This document shows, piece after piece, positions 47,348 through 61,404 of a DNA stretch of 64,000 nt (position 1 is the first letter of the stretch; every line of letters begins with the position of its first letter). The notes below the pieces were generated by a model, which made no database searches, was not told the origin of the DNA, and saw only the letters and a list, made by a program, of their open reading frames with translations. The stretch covers positions 97,714,001-97,778,000 of the forward strand of contig OZ076409.1 in the NCBI GenBank assembly GCA_964187785.1, written 5' to 3'. The position numbers and the translations under genes are program-made. The stretch comes from Amphiscolops sp. MND2022. Its lineage: Eukaryota.

Positions 47348-48571
47348 TTTATTATATAAAAGTGCAGACTAAAAAATTGTTCCAAGTGTAATTTATTAAA
47401 TTGAATCCAACTGGGGAAATTTTGTATACAATTCTTAGAAGGTGAGCCGGTTCTATTAAAATTTGGTTTCATCAGGTATACAAGTATTCCGTTTTCCAAT
47501 AACAGGGCAATCGATGGCTTTAGATTAATTAGGGCAATTATTTCACTGTAGTTTGAGAATGTCACATAAATTCACCTAAACAGTTGCTAACCTATCAATT
47601 TTTTAATGAGGCGGAATCAACACAAGAATAGAGCCAAAGTTTGAAGACAATTACAAAGACTCTTTAATTCACAGAATTGCAGGAAACAGAAAAGATAACG
47701 ATTGCTTCGTTCTTGAAAAACAGGAATCAACAAATTATTGGTATACCTGATAAAGCGGAATTGTATTTTCAAGGAAGGTAGTGTAAGCATTCGATGAAAA
47801 AAGTTAGAATTAGTTATATGCCTGGTTGAAACTGTTTGAAATTTTTACATTACAAGCTAATTTCTCATGATTTTATAAAATTCTCAAGGAAACTTCCATG
47901 CATTAAAACTTCACTGATTCGATTTAATTTTATCATTTTCATTGAAAATACAGCGTAACTCTACAAGATATATCACCAGAATCCTGATGAATTTTCTAGG
48001 TTTTATTTAAAGAATTACCCTGTATGCAGGCCTGCAGCATGTAAAAAAGTTCCTGCAGTATCAACTGGGGTAAGCACATCGCAAGGGGAGGACAAAGTGA
48101 AACATTTTCATTTTAAATAATGAAGTCTAATTATCAACAATGCTGATAGGCTGAGTGGGGATTTTGATAATAAGTGCAAATAAAATGAAATATTAGGGGG
48201 GACATAGTGAAGAAGATCATTTTTTAAAATAAAATTCAACACTTACACTACCTTGGCTTGAAACACCTCGGCTTACAAGTGTTCTATTCATGTACAGATT
48301 TTGTTTCTCGTGAGCATGTTTTCTGTAAATTCAGAACCCAACGCAAACCCCCCCCCCCCCGACAGTAAGCGCGAAAATTTGACAACAACCACACCCCCCC
48401 AAATGACCGATGACTTTAATTGCAGATAGAGTTAGGAAATACTGCAATTTGATTGGTTGTTATTAATATTTCAATGAGACTTTCACTTGACCGCCTAACT
48501 GGGGGGAAACAAATCGGTAGGGGGGATTAACAGAAAAGGTCCCCCGTAATTTTGTGACTTTGTTTACTAAC

Positions 48572-48741
48572 AACTCTGAGGTACTTGGAGTCAGGGTGGA
48601 ATTCGCGCATCATGGGGATGAGTTTGAGTCTGTGTGTGAACTCCAGGTTGCCGAAGATGACCAGTCCCATGTAGAGGAACAGCCCCCACAACGCCGCTCT
48701 CGGGATCAGTGCCACTGCGTCTTGCCAAAAAGCCGCCCCCG
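48572..48741 (-). CDS. SLC4-family transporter exon upstream of the 22976-22800 exon
   Basis: IPRAALWGLFLYMG...LEFTHRLKL...HPDSKYLRV. TTTGCAG acceptor and GTTAGT donor in phase 0, giving YLRV|VPMWKIH. Confidence 0.9.
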
Positions 48742-48799
48742 CTGCAAACCACAACTCTTTGCCTCGGACATTACAAGTATCATGTTCCGAAATTTCCAA

Positions 48800-49370
48800 C
48801 ATTGTCCAAGATGCAGGGAAATTTTAAATGATTTTCCAAGATGCAGGGAAATTTTACATGAATTTCCAAGATGCAGGGAAGTTTTACAAGATTTTCCAAG
48901 ATGCAGCCAAGTTTTACATGTTTTCCAAGATGCAGGGATGTTTTACAAGATTTTCCAAGATGCAGCCAAGTTTTGCATGATTTTCCAAGGTGCAGCGAAA
49001 TTTTACATGATTTTTACAAGATGCAGGGGAGTTTTACAAGATTTTCCAAGATGCAGGCAAGTTTTACATGATTTTCCAAGGTGCAGGGAAATTTTACATG
49101 ATTTTACAAGATACAGGGGAGTTTTACAAGATTTTCCAAGATGCAGGGAAGTTTTACATGATTTTCCAAGATGCAGTTAAGTTTTACATGATTTTCCAAG
49201 ATGCAGCCAAGTTTTACATGATTTTCCAAGGTGCAGGGAAATTTTACATGATTTTACAAGATGCAAGTGAGTTTTACAAGATTTTCCAAGATGCAGGGAA
49301 GTTTTACATGATTTTCCAAGATGCAGTTAAGTTTTACATGATTTTCCAAGATGCAGGGGAGTTTTACAAG
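48800..49370. repeat. 30-bp minisatellite (~19 copies)
   Basis: Unit ATTTTCCAAGATGCAGGGAAGTTTTACATG. Confidence 0.95.
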
Positions 49371-49969
49371 TCTCGACTAGGGTCTGTGTCATTCTTACGA
49401 TATTTATTAAATTTTATTATGCCTCAATATCCTTTTGTATGCAACTGTAAGGGTTTCACAATTGTCTGAATCATTACAAGGCGATACTTTGTTGAAGGCA
49501 GTGAGAATAACCCAGATTAACACCTTTCCTTTTAGTGTTCAACGGTCTGGAGGGATCATTTGCTATTTGGACACGTAGTACTCAGGACTAAATTTAATTA
49601 CAACGAGTCCGAAAATTATTCTTGCACCAAATAAAGATTCATATAATAAATTGAGCTAAATTAGCGAAAAACTCCTAGCTACTTGGTAATCAAAACATAA
49701 ATTATTAGAATGCCGTGTTTCATTTGATCAAAAGTTAATTAATTAATATCGACTTTCACTTTGAGCTTTTAGGACTAGTTACTGTATTTCAATTTCCGTG
49801 GGACTCGTTCTTTCCACGCACAGAATAGTTAAACTTAATTAAAGACCTGGATGAAGTTGCATAATAACTAGAACCAGGGTGGCCAGTTTTTTTCAACAAA
49901 AAAGCGACCCAATTAAAATCATGGAAGTTTAAAGTTTTTAACTAAAAAAAGTTACCTAACGTTTCTTCA

Positions 49970-50452
49970 AACAAGCCGAGAACGACCAAAGTCGGCGCCA
50001 TATCTAATGCTCAGAATTGTAAAAAGGGGGGAACCTTTGACTTTAAAAAAATTCCCAAAAATATTTTAATGTGATTTTTAGACAGTGTCACAGTGCCAAA
50101 AATGTAAAAGGGGGGACCTTTTGGGATTTTTTGACATCCATTGTGTTGCAAAATATCGAAACAAAAGAAGGGGGGACCCTTTGGTGCAATTCAAAAAATT
50201 TCAAAAAAAGTCGCATAGTGCCGCAAAAAGTGGGGCTAAGGCGGGATCCTTAATAAGTTTTCGTGGTTCTGGTCGTGTTTTCAAAAGTTGTTTTTTCTTT
50301 TCGTTTTGAACGCGCTTCTGAGGTTCGAGTGGTTTGAACCTCCATAGTTCAAGTTGTTGAACAAATGAACAAAAAAGTGGACCTTACGCGTCTAAAAAAA
50401 CTACCCACGGTAAGAGTCGGCACATTTACTACTAAAATGCGCCGACTAAAAA
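49970..50452 (-). mobile_element. HINE family A copy, inverted relative to 46817-47347
   Basis: AACAAGCCGAGAACG...AGTCGGCGCC at one end and AGTCGGCACATTT...AAATGCGCCGACTAAAA at the other. Confidence 0.75.
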
Positions 50453-50960
50453 GATGCTTTAGTAACCATAAATTATAATAGGAACAAAATGTTGAACAGA
50501 ATATCCGAGATTGGTATAAACATAAGCATTCAAAACTTATTGCGTAAAGAAAGAGTAAATTATATTTCTAGATATGACGTTGCTGTGTCCACTTTGGGCA
50601 CGTAACTCAGCACTTGATCTCTTATAGCGTAAAAAAGCGACTTTCGGAAAAAAGCTCCTAAAAAGCGGCCAGGTCACTTTAAAGAGACCCAACTAACCAC
50701 CCTGTTTTGTTGAGCTGTTTTAATTGTGTTCTAGGCTAGAACACAATTGAAACCGCTCAACAATCTTTCGCACTGGTGGGAATTAAAATTTATTTTCGGA
50801 CTCGTGAGTAGCAGTCGAATCTAAGAGTGCAGGGTTTGAAAAAATTCCATTAAAAAAATCCGGATTTTTGACTATAATCATCATTTTTAACTTCACTTGA
50901 AAACACGGCATTGAAATCAAATTTCAATTTCTTTTTTGTTTCAATGATGAATGTAAAAAA

Positions 50961-51730
50961 AACAAGACGGGAACGTCTGAAGTCGGCGCTACATCTAAGA
51001 CTAAAAAGCGCAAAAGTCTTTTTTTTAAAAAAAAACTTAAAAATTTTGAATTTTTTTCTTTCAGAAAATGTCGCATAGTGCCGAAAAATGTAAAAGGGGG
51101 AACTCTTTGGGCTTTATTAACATATTCTGTTGCAAAATATCAAAAAACTCGAAACGGGGACTGTTTTGAGACATTAAAAAATTTTCGAAAAAGTCGCACA
51201 ATGCCGAAAAAAATCGAAAGGGGGACCCTTTAGTCTCGTCCGGTTTTGTAGGTTACGTTAAAATAGTAAAAAATGAAAGGGGGGGCCCTTTTGCACTAAT
51301 TTCCGCTGACCGGACTTGGCCTTATGGTAGTAGTTTTAGTAGTCTCGATTGTAAGAAAAGTGGCCCAATCAGAGTGAGATTGTAGTCTGACGAAAAAAAA
51401 AGAAGAACAAGACGGGAACGTCTAAAGTCGGCGCTATATCTAAGGCTCAAAAAGCTCAGAGTTTTCTAAATATGCCCAGGATGTATTCATGAAAAGCTTT
51501 GAAAACACTTTCGAGACACCCAAAGTGTGCCTTTCATGCTCGATATGACTGGAAAATCACTTTTCCCGACTCGACTGGAAACAAAAAAAAATTTGAAAAA
51601 TTTTTTGAAAAACTTTTTTTTTGAAAATTTTTTTTGAAAAAACTTCGAAAACGTCGCATAGTGCCAAAAAATGAAAAGGGGGACCCTTTGGGATTCATTA
51701 ACATACTTTTTGTTGCAAAATATCAGAAAA
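50961..51730 (-). mobile_element. Two adjacent or nested HINE family A copies, the second interrupted by the Gypsy element
   Basis: AACAAGACGGGAACGTCT..AGTCGGCGCT at 50961 and 51406. Homology stops abruptly at TGTGATG (51731). Confidence 0.7.
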
Positions 51731-52131
51731 TGTGATGCCATGATGCATGTCCTCAAAGATTCTATAAATTTGAAATACTCTGAACTCTTAACCAAAGCAA
51801 TTAGTAAATGTAATCTAATTTAGAAGCTAAGAAACTTCATTTAATATATCCTGTATCAAGCTCCCCTGATTCATCCTGTTGCTGTCACATTGTTAATTGA
51901 TGTAACCTACCCTAGTTAATAGAATATATCTACTCGGAGAAATTGAGAATTCATCCTAACAATCGGTCTTCCTCCCATACTTCAAGAACTGAGATCTCAG
52001 AAATAAATTGTACTCAGAACTAGCTAGCTACAAGATATAAGATAAGACGACTCCGCTGTTAAAATCTTAGACTTCTTATGTCAGTACTAACACTTCTAAA
52101 AGAAACCACCATACAACTTTTTAACAGCTCA
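51731..52131 (+). repeat. Probable Gypsy 5' LTR
   Basis: Bounded by TG at the insertion point and CA just before the PBS. The second LTR is not visible, so the right edge is approximate. Confidence 0.6.
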
Positions 52132-52956
52132 ATTGGTGCGACCAAGAAAATTCTTCTTTCTCTCCCATTCATTTCACACATCTACAATTGTTGTACCTCC
52201 TTCCTCGACTTTCTCATACGCTATCTCTTAGTTCGACACACAGTTTCTCCACCTCTCTATATCGCCTATCGTTACTAACTTCAACGTTGCAACCAATTTC
52301 TATCTGAAATTGATTCGTGTTGCTATGGTTCTGACTGCGTTTCTCAACGTAATTCCTGTCAGTCATATTTCTTGGTTCTGACTACGTTTCTTGACGTAAT
52401 TCCTGTCAGTAAAATTTTCGTTCCAACCACCACTGAGTGAATTCGTGTTGGCTTTCTCTCTTTCTTCCGTTCCAACCGCAGACGTGCGATACGTGTTGGC
52501 CCTTCTTCAGTGCTATCCAGCGATTCCTGCTAGTAGAAATCTCTTTGGTTCTAGCCGCTTGGATCAACTTTAAAGTTGGCACACCTATCTAACACATATT
52601 TTTTACATAACATAATTATAATACTTTTCTTGTTCTCTCTTCTATAGAACAAATAACATATAAAACTCTTTTAAAACTAGCTTACGGATCCAAATACATA
52701 ACAATTAAAATATATAACACATACATCACATATTTCTTTATATAACTTTCATTTTTCATACACCTATATAAAACAAATTTTAATACAACCTCTTGGACAC
52801 ATTCTTCATTGTACATGCCGCCTTCAGTAGACACTATAGTTAAACTCATTGTCTGCTTTTGGTTCTTTGTTGCTATCATTGCCGGTCTTGCACTTTTTCT
52901 GGAGAAATTCTTAATTTCATTCATACCAAAACTTTGAAGTACAACCTTTTTCTTCT

Positions 52957-55900
52957 ATGTTAACAAGTATAGTACTACCTCTTTTTGGACTACTTAGTAT
53001 TTACCACACTTTTCATACACTTATTCAATATATACAAAACCCACTCCTTCTTTTTATAAGTATTGTACTTACTATTTTCTTACAAGTTGTTTTCATAGAT
53101 CAAATTTTACCATATAATTCACATTTCAATACAAAATATCTTCTTTTCCGATACATCTATCCTTTATGGCAATCTTATTGTACTAACCAAACTTAATATC
53201 ATATAATGCTTCCCACTCCATTTACAGTCAGTACTGAAAAAAGACAAAATCGATCTCTTATACAAGATGTAACACCTTTTCTACAGAACATTATCTTTCA
53301 GTACACAAACCCACTTCCATTTGAAACAGAACCCCATACATTACATACTATTCCATTAGTACGAGAACATTGTGATTCTTATCTATATTATATCCACTAT
53401 AAAACACTTGACATTACACCATCACAGACCCCATTTCAAGTTATTTTTAACCCAGTTAAAGGAATAAACTCTGGAATATTTTATAGAACTATACACCCAC
53501 AAAATATTACACTTTCTATACAAGATGTTTTTCACACATACATGCAAAAACTCATTGAATTCAATGAAAACCAAGACACACCACCTTATCGTCCTTCTCA
53601 TTTACAAGAACTAAAACACAGATCTGAATATTTCGAGGTCCCCAATCTTGACACAAAAGTCCAAAGACATGATAATCCTCATTATTGGTTACAACGAGAT
53701 ATCTTACAAATGAAACATTTCCAGTACAGATTCTTTAACAACATTATCCTTACAGATAACACTATACCTCAAGTCAAAATTTTTACACAATTCTTATTAA
53801 AGTTTCTTAGATTTAACTACCAACTAATTTGGGAACAAAAAGATAAACAAGCCTATGTTAACTTCCCTCAAATATTAACACATATAGAACTCTTACCATA
53901 CATCATAAAAAATGAAAATAAACATTTACATTACCGCGATCTTACTTCATTAAATGTTACACATTTTGAACAAATAAACTTAGATCACAACTTTGTACTT
54001 GAACATTCTGAAACATCAGATAACAGACCTTTTATTACACCTGATACTTCTCATGAAACAATTCCTGAAGAACAAACCTCTGGTGTTGAACCTTCATATA
54101 CAAGACAACAATCAGAACAATCAGAACAAGAATCCCCAGAACAAGAAGCCCTTGTTAATCTTTTTCAAAATCCTGATTCTCCTCAAGAACAACCATCATA
54201 CCCACCATTATCACAAATCTCAGATATGCAACAACCAAATCCTTCTGAAACAAATACAATTCACAATACATCAGAATTTTCTGAAGAAACAGTACAAAAT
54301 ACACGAAGTTTTACAATAACCGATGATTCAAATCTTATAATAATTCCTACCCACAATATCACACAAAATGAATTTACAAACCAAAATCAAGACAACACTT
54401 CAAATACAAACCCAGACAACACCTCTTTTTTATCTACATCTAATACTAATATTACTCAACCCTCTCAGACACAAATACTATCTCCTCGAAATTATAATCC
54501 ACCTTCTGTACCACCTCAATTCTCAACTCAGATAAATACTCATGACTCCTCTCAACAAAGCTCATCAAATACACCCTACATTGCACAAAACAATAATACA
54601 GTACATTTTCAAACACCAACTCCACCATTATCTTCTGAAATACACACTTCGACTTAGACTCCAGCTCAAACCAACTCAGTACAAACTACACAAACTACCT
54701 TAAACATTAACACCATCCATTCCAACCCATCTACAAATTATACCACTGCCAGACACCTTTCTCGACCTCCATTACAACCTATATTAACTAAACCATTATC
54801 ATACAGTTTCACCAGTACTAACCCAAGTAATACACAACAATCTCAAATAAATTATAATACACCCAACCAATTAAATACTCTTTCTTCCCAACATACACCC
54901 AATACAATTACTCCTACATTACAAACTTCTCAATTTCATATACCAAATCCTCCTTCAACAACAATTAGAACTAACCCTCACTTTCATAGTACTTCAACTA
55001 CTTCTTTACCTAATATTTCCAATAATCCCACATACAATACAACACCTCCATCTACTATGTCTCATAACACTATGTCACACCCAACATATATTAATTCTTC
55101 TACTTCTATATCAGAACCCATTAAACTTTTTGATGGACTCGACCACAACTATACACCTGAAGAGTATTTACAACATATTGAGGCACGTGTTACATTTTCC
55201 TTAGGTTTACAACCTACATCAGAACATGAATATAAATTTTGGCACGCCCGTCGCATGGCTTTCATACAATGCTCTTTAACAGGTACAGCACTAAGCTGGT
55301 ACATTCGTTTAAACGACACTTATAAACATGATTGGCACGTTTTTGTACAAGCTTTCAAAAAACAATTTTCTTCACAAAAGAACGCTTACTATGCTCAATT
55401 TGAAGCCCTTAATTTAACTAAAAAAGATAATGAAACAGTACGTCATTTTGCACTCAAAGTTCAACAGCTGGTTGAAAAAGGCTGGTGTAATGAGAATGCA
55501 TCTACTATAAACCTTAAATGTAATGAAATCTTTACAAAAGGACTCCCAAAAAATCTTAAAGATTTTGCAAATAAAAGACAAGTAAAACACACCTCCACTG
55601 TTCTAGAACCTTCAATTCCTTTTCATACATTAGTAAAACTTGTTGACGCTGAAGATATAGCAAACGACAAAATCAGAACACATGATCTTGCACTTGAAAT
55701 TAATAATATTACAAAACAATTGAACACTCAAACTCTTGATCACTCATCTCAAGAACAACTTATGTATACACAACCCAAAGACCCAAATAACAAAAATGAA
55801 CCTGCATATAAAAAATATTGCTCATACTGTCATAGAACAAAACACTCCATTTCTGCCTGTTTCAAAAAACAACGAGATGATGGAGATAAACGAGAAGCAT

Positions 55901-58900
55901 ATGCTCGATCAAAATCTCCACAAAAATCATTCGTTCAGTACTTTCGTTCTCCTTCCAATGACAGAACAAAACACTATGATAATCGATACCGAAGTCGAAG
56001 TACCTCACGAGACAACTCTTACAACAAAAATTATTCAGAAAACCGATACCCTTCTACATCTCGAGATAGAGACAGATTTCGTTACGACAAAAGTACTACT
56101 CCTCCACACTACTCTAGATCAAGATATGATACATACAAACGTGATTCTCGATCTTACCGTTCTCCTTACAGATCTTCTTATAGATCCCCATATCGACAAA
56201 ACTCTCGTCCTAGATACAGATCACGCTCCTATTCAAGAGACAACAAATTCACAAAGTACACAAATTCATATAGACCACCTTCAAGACCAAGAGACTCTAG
56301 ATTTTCTAGATCTCGCTCACACTCCAATTCTAGAAATAAAGTCAATATGATACAACAACAAGACCAAACTGACCCTATCAAATTTGAAGTACACATGTAT
56401 CACCCAACAGCAATGGCAAATGCTGTCACACCTACAAGTTGGTTTTATACACTATATGTACACACCCCATCAAGTATAGTACAAAGAAACAACCCATCTA
56501 GATTAGAAATTGCATTCCTCCTAGATAGCGGTGCTTCCATTTCTGTACTCAATTACCCAACATACATAACTCTTACAAGACTCCTAGATATTAGATCAAA
56601 TCACACCTCTGATGTTGGACCAACTCGAAATTCCAAAACATTAACCGTTGCAAACCAAACTGAAGTTCCTATTTTACATTATGCAAATATAATTTTGAAC
56701 ACCACTATTGATGAAAACTCTCGTTACTTTTCAGTACCTTTTGCAGTAGCTAATATCAAATACAACATCCTTGGCACACCATTCTTTGAAGACAATATAC
56801 AAAACATAAACATACAAGACTTTACACTCGAATTTAAATACCAATCAAAAACACACCCAAATTATGCAAAATTCACAACACTCCTATCTAAAGATTATCC
56901 ATACTTCTCTTAGATTTATAGAATTAACTCAAAAACTCAGATACGTCTAAAACCCAAATCTTCAAAAATTGCACACTTTCCGATCAAAAATCATCATAAT
57001 CTTCATTTTACAACTACACCACAAAACCACTTCTTTCCTTCAGTACCTCATACCTATTTTGCTACCAAATTCCGTACAAATTTCAATTTCATTGAAGTAT
57101 TTACAGACGACAAGCCAGATATTTGTGCAACTATTATTCAGAACACTTCAAAACATATTGCAACCCTACCTACAGGACATATTGGATACATTGAAGTTCA
57201 AATTACTAATGAAAAACCTAAATTCTTCCAAGTTAACGACATTAATACTTTAATACATAACGTTACCCATACTTATCATCCTGATATTACCGAACCCCTT
57301 CCACAGACCAACTATATTGTACAATATGATGATCCTACAACCCCTCCTCCTCAATTCTCTCTACATCAAATTTATATGACAAATAACGACATTCCAAATC
57401 AAACTTCTCCTTTATATAACGTTCAGCCTACTTCTCATACTTCCGAAAAACGCATTTTCCCTTCTCTACCATATACTTCTGAAAATCTGAAATTTATTAA
57501 TAAATTTAACTTCCAATTTTCTGACCTTACAGATTCAGAATACATTACTCTTTGCAATATGTTACTCAAGTAAAAAACATGTTATGCAACTCATAAAAAC
57601 GATGTTGGAAAAATTTCAACACCATTTCGTATACGACTTAAACCAAATGCTCAACTTATGACACAACGTCCTTCCAAAGTCCCTATCCACTACCGAGACA
57701 AACTTAACGTACTTCTCAAAGAACTCGAAAAATATAACATTATTAAACAAATTGGTTCTTCTCCTCAAGACAAACCCGTTTATGGCACAACTTATTTAAA
57801 CCCTCTTATTATAATCCTCAAGGGAGATACAATAAAATGTGTATTAGACGCTCGACACCTTAACTCCAATACAGAACAATCTGATGAATCTTGGCCTATT
57901 GAACCTCTTGCTCCACAATTAGCACGCGCAAATAAAAAGTACAAATCTGCTATTGACCTTATGTATGCCTATGCACATACACCTCTTGACGAAGATACTA
58001 TAAAACTTACTAGTTTCTCTTCCGGAGATAAACTTTCCGCTTTTATCCGAGGCTTTTATGGTCTCAAAGGACTACCAAACTTCTTTACAAAACAAATGTC
58101 TACTTTCTTTAAAACTCTTATAGAACAAGGTTTCGCTCTTGTCTACATTGACGATATAATACTTTTATCTGATTCTAAAGAACACATGTTCCAGCTCATA
58201 GAACAACTACACATTATTAGTACAAGAAACAATCTTAAACTAGCCCCTGAAAAATCCTTTTTCATGCTTCTTAAAGTCAAATTCCTTGGACATGAAATTG
58301 GTTACAATACAATTAAACCAATACATTCAAAAATTGCAGCTATCCATAAAATCCCTTCACCAACTGGCAAAGTTGCCCTAATGAGTTTCATTGGCGCACT
58401 CAATTTTTACACCAAATTTATTGAAAAACTACATATTAACCTCAAACCATTTTACGATCTTTTACATGAGAACACTCCTTGGAAATGGACAGACGAACAC
58501 GAAAGTCTATTCCAAAAACTTAAAATGTCTCTCACTTCTGAAACAGAATTAACAATACCAAATACAAAACATCCATTTTTCATTACAGTTGACACTTCCC
58601 TTATTGGATTAGGCGCTGTCTTATTCCAATTAAACGAACAAAACAAAATGAAAGTCATATCGTACAACTCTCGTATACTTAATCCACAAGAACAAAAACT
58701 CTCCACACTTGATAGAGAACTTCTTGGTATAGTACACGCACTTCAAATCTATGAATTTCTCATCATAGGTTCTCCCCATCCAATACACATTTTTCCTGAT
58801 CACAAACCTTTATTACATTGTTTTACAAAGAAAGGTAATCTCAGTCCTCGTTTCTACAGAGCTCAAATGCAATTGACAAAATTTTCAAAACTCAAAATAA

Positions 58901-61404
58901 TTCACACTCCTGGAAAAAATCTCTCTGTTGCCGATATGTTGAGTCGCTCCTTCACAAAAGCTGAATTACAACTAAACCAGTTAAAACATAAACACCTCCC
59001 ACCACAAATCGGTTTTGCACTTCTACAAGACAACACTCCTTAACCTGTACATTACTTAATAAAACATGAAGAAATTTTACCTCATCAAAAACATGACTCT
59101 CATCCAATTCTGGCTGATTATGGTACAGATCAATTCTCTATTCGTATCAGTGATAAAGGAAATGACATTGTTGTCAAACCGTTACAATCCTTCTCATTCA
59201 AATCCATAACTCTTTTTCAAACTAAGTTCAAGACACCTACAAAAAAGAACAACAAAACCCTCCATCAACAATCTCTCTTACTTAATGATACTGACGTTAC
59301 AAGTGATGACGAAGATCATATTTACACCAGAATTCCAAAATCTGACTCTTCCTTCTTACAAGACACAACATTACAAATAGAAAATTATTCTACTCTTAAC
59401 CAATCAACTCACACTACCTCACAAAAATCAGTTTCTGCAATAAATGTACAACCAAATTTACCATCTCTCACACACTGTCAACAAATCATACCTTTCTATG
59501 ATACATCATTTTTTAAGTACAAAAACTATTTTCAAGGTTTCCTTCTTCCAGATGATTACTCATTAGACATAAAAACTCTTCAACAACAACAATCCCAAGA
59601 TCCGGTTCTTAGAACTGTTTATTCTTGGTTATTAAACAATGAAAAACCCGAATTTGTAACACCTCTTATCACTGGTACTCCATTTTTACATGTATATTAC
59701 AAAAGATTTTCACAACTTTTCATTGACGAATCCACAAATCTTATTAGTCTATATATTACAAACCCCACTGTTATAAACCAATCCTCTACTCCAAAATTTG
59801 TACAAGACACTATTCGTATATGCCTTCCTTTTCGACTGTTCAAAACTGTCTTTAACAAACTCCATGAACACTCTCATACTGGTATGAAAATCACCTACAA
59901 TACATTCAAACAATATTACTACATTCCATTCCTTGAAAAATGGCTTTCCATTTTCATATATGATTGTATTGAATGTCAACGAAACAAACACTTTAATATG
60001 AAAATTCAAACTGCTCCTACACAATCTTTTTCAGAACATGCTCCATCTTTCAACTATCGAATTTCAATGGACACTAAAGGACCTATTAATCCTCCTTCTC
60101 ACAACAAATCCTATATACACGTGATAATTGACGCTTTTAGTCACTTTGTTGTTACAGTACCCTTTAAATCAAACAACGCAAAGACTGCTATCAAAACTCT
60201 CCTACACCATTGGATTATTAAATTTGGACCACCCATATATCTTGTCACTGATCGTGGATCAGAATACGTTAATAAAGAAATGGCACACCTTTGCACACTT
60301 ATGGGAATTCGTCATTCTCCTAGAACAGCTTACTCTCCTTGGACGAACGGCCTTGTTGAAGTACAAAACAGAAATCTTGGTACCCATTTACGAATGTTCT
60401 TACATGACACACCTAAAGATTGGGCATTCCAAGTCCATATGTACGCTTATGCACATAATTCACAACCACTTTCAGAACTCAACATTTCACCTCACGAAAT
60501 TGTGTTTCACACCCGACCCAGAATACCCCTTACATTTGATTTAAACCTTAACAGAGACACCTCTAAAACCTGTATTTCACGATATTGCTCTCAACTTCCA
60601 GCACACTCCCATCATGATAATTCAGAGTTAAACCCATTTTTCTATAAAACACTTTCAAAACCCATCCCACATTGGTTTCTCGCTGTAGAAACTGCTATGT
60701 TACAAATTTATTCTACAGTATACGAAAACACTCTAAGAAAAATCAATTCACACGCATATATTACAAAAACTTACCATGAAGGTAAACCCCTTTCTATTGG
60801 TACCTTTGTTTTAAAACGCAATTTTACACACGTTCATTTTTCTGACAAACTAAAACCCCTTCGGATTGGACCATACAAAATTCTTGACAGATTATCAGAC
60901 GTCACATATGAACTACTTGCACAAGATGGCTCTACAGTACACGTCCACAGAAATCATTTAATTCCATATTATCCAAAACAACCACTCTTATATCCACACC
61001 TACGTAGTTTTATGCGCTTTTCAGACACAACTCAATTCCAAATTCCACAACCTACCAAATATGCAAATAGTGATTCTTCTCCTTTTAACTCAGACGAATC
61101 GTTGTCAGAAGAAGATTCCCAAACATTTGTAACGCCATCATCATTTAGTACATCCAATCAGAATACACCATCTATAACATCCAATGACAAGTCTTTGACT
61201 CCCTCAACCAATGACAACTCCTTATATAGACATATAATTATTACCCCTCACACTAATGTCTCTAGTGACAGATCAAGACACTCATCTAATAACCAAACAA
61301 CTTCACTTCCTCCTTTAATTGACAGAACCACAAAAACTACTTATAAACTACGACAACAACCCAAATTAGATTATAGACTTTTTATTACTCCCTCACAACT
61401 GTAA
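52957..61404 (+). pseudogene. Gypsy gag-pol polyprotein, single frame (~2800 codons) with five nonsense codons
   Basis: ORF pieces at 52957, 53206, 55057, 57376, 57658 and 59884 share one frame, with stops at 53194, 54655, 56911, 57571 and 59041. Motifs: zinc knuckle CSYCHRTKHSISAC, protease LLDSGA, RT YIDD, RNase H VDTS/RELL/DHKPL/ADMLSR, integrase HSHTG..CIEC, MDTKG, TDRGSEY, GLVE, GPY. Confidence 0.92.

Noticed and set aside
48554..49469. ORFs with FPRCREIL/FQDAGKFY repeats
   Set aside because: They are translations of a 30-bp minisatellite that is open in several frames.
53194..59043. Programmed stop-codon readthrough or an alternative genetic code in the Gypsy polyprotein
   Set aside because: The stops are mixed TAA/TAG at scattered sites, apparently replacing different residues, while neighbouring genes use standard stops. 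Ordinary decay fits better.
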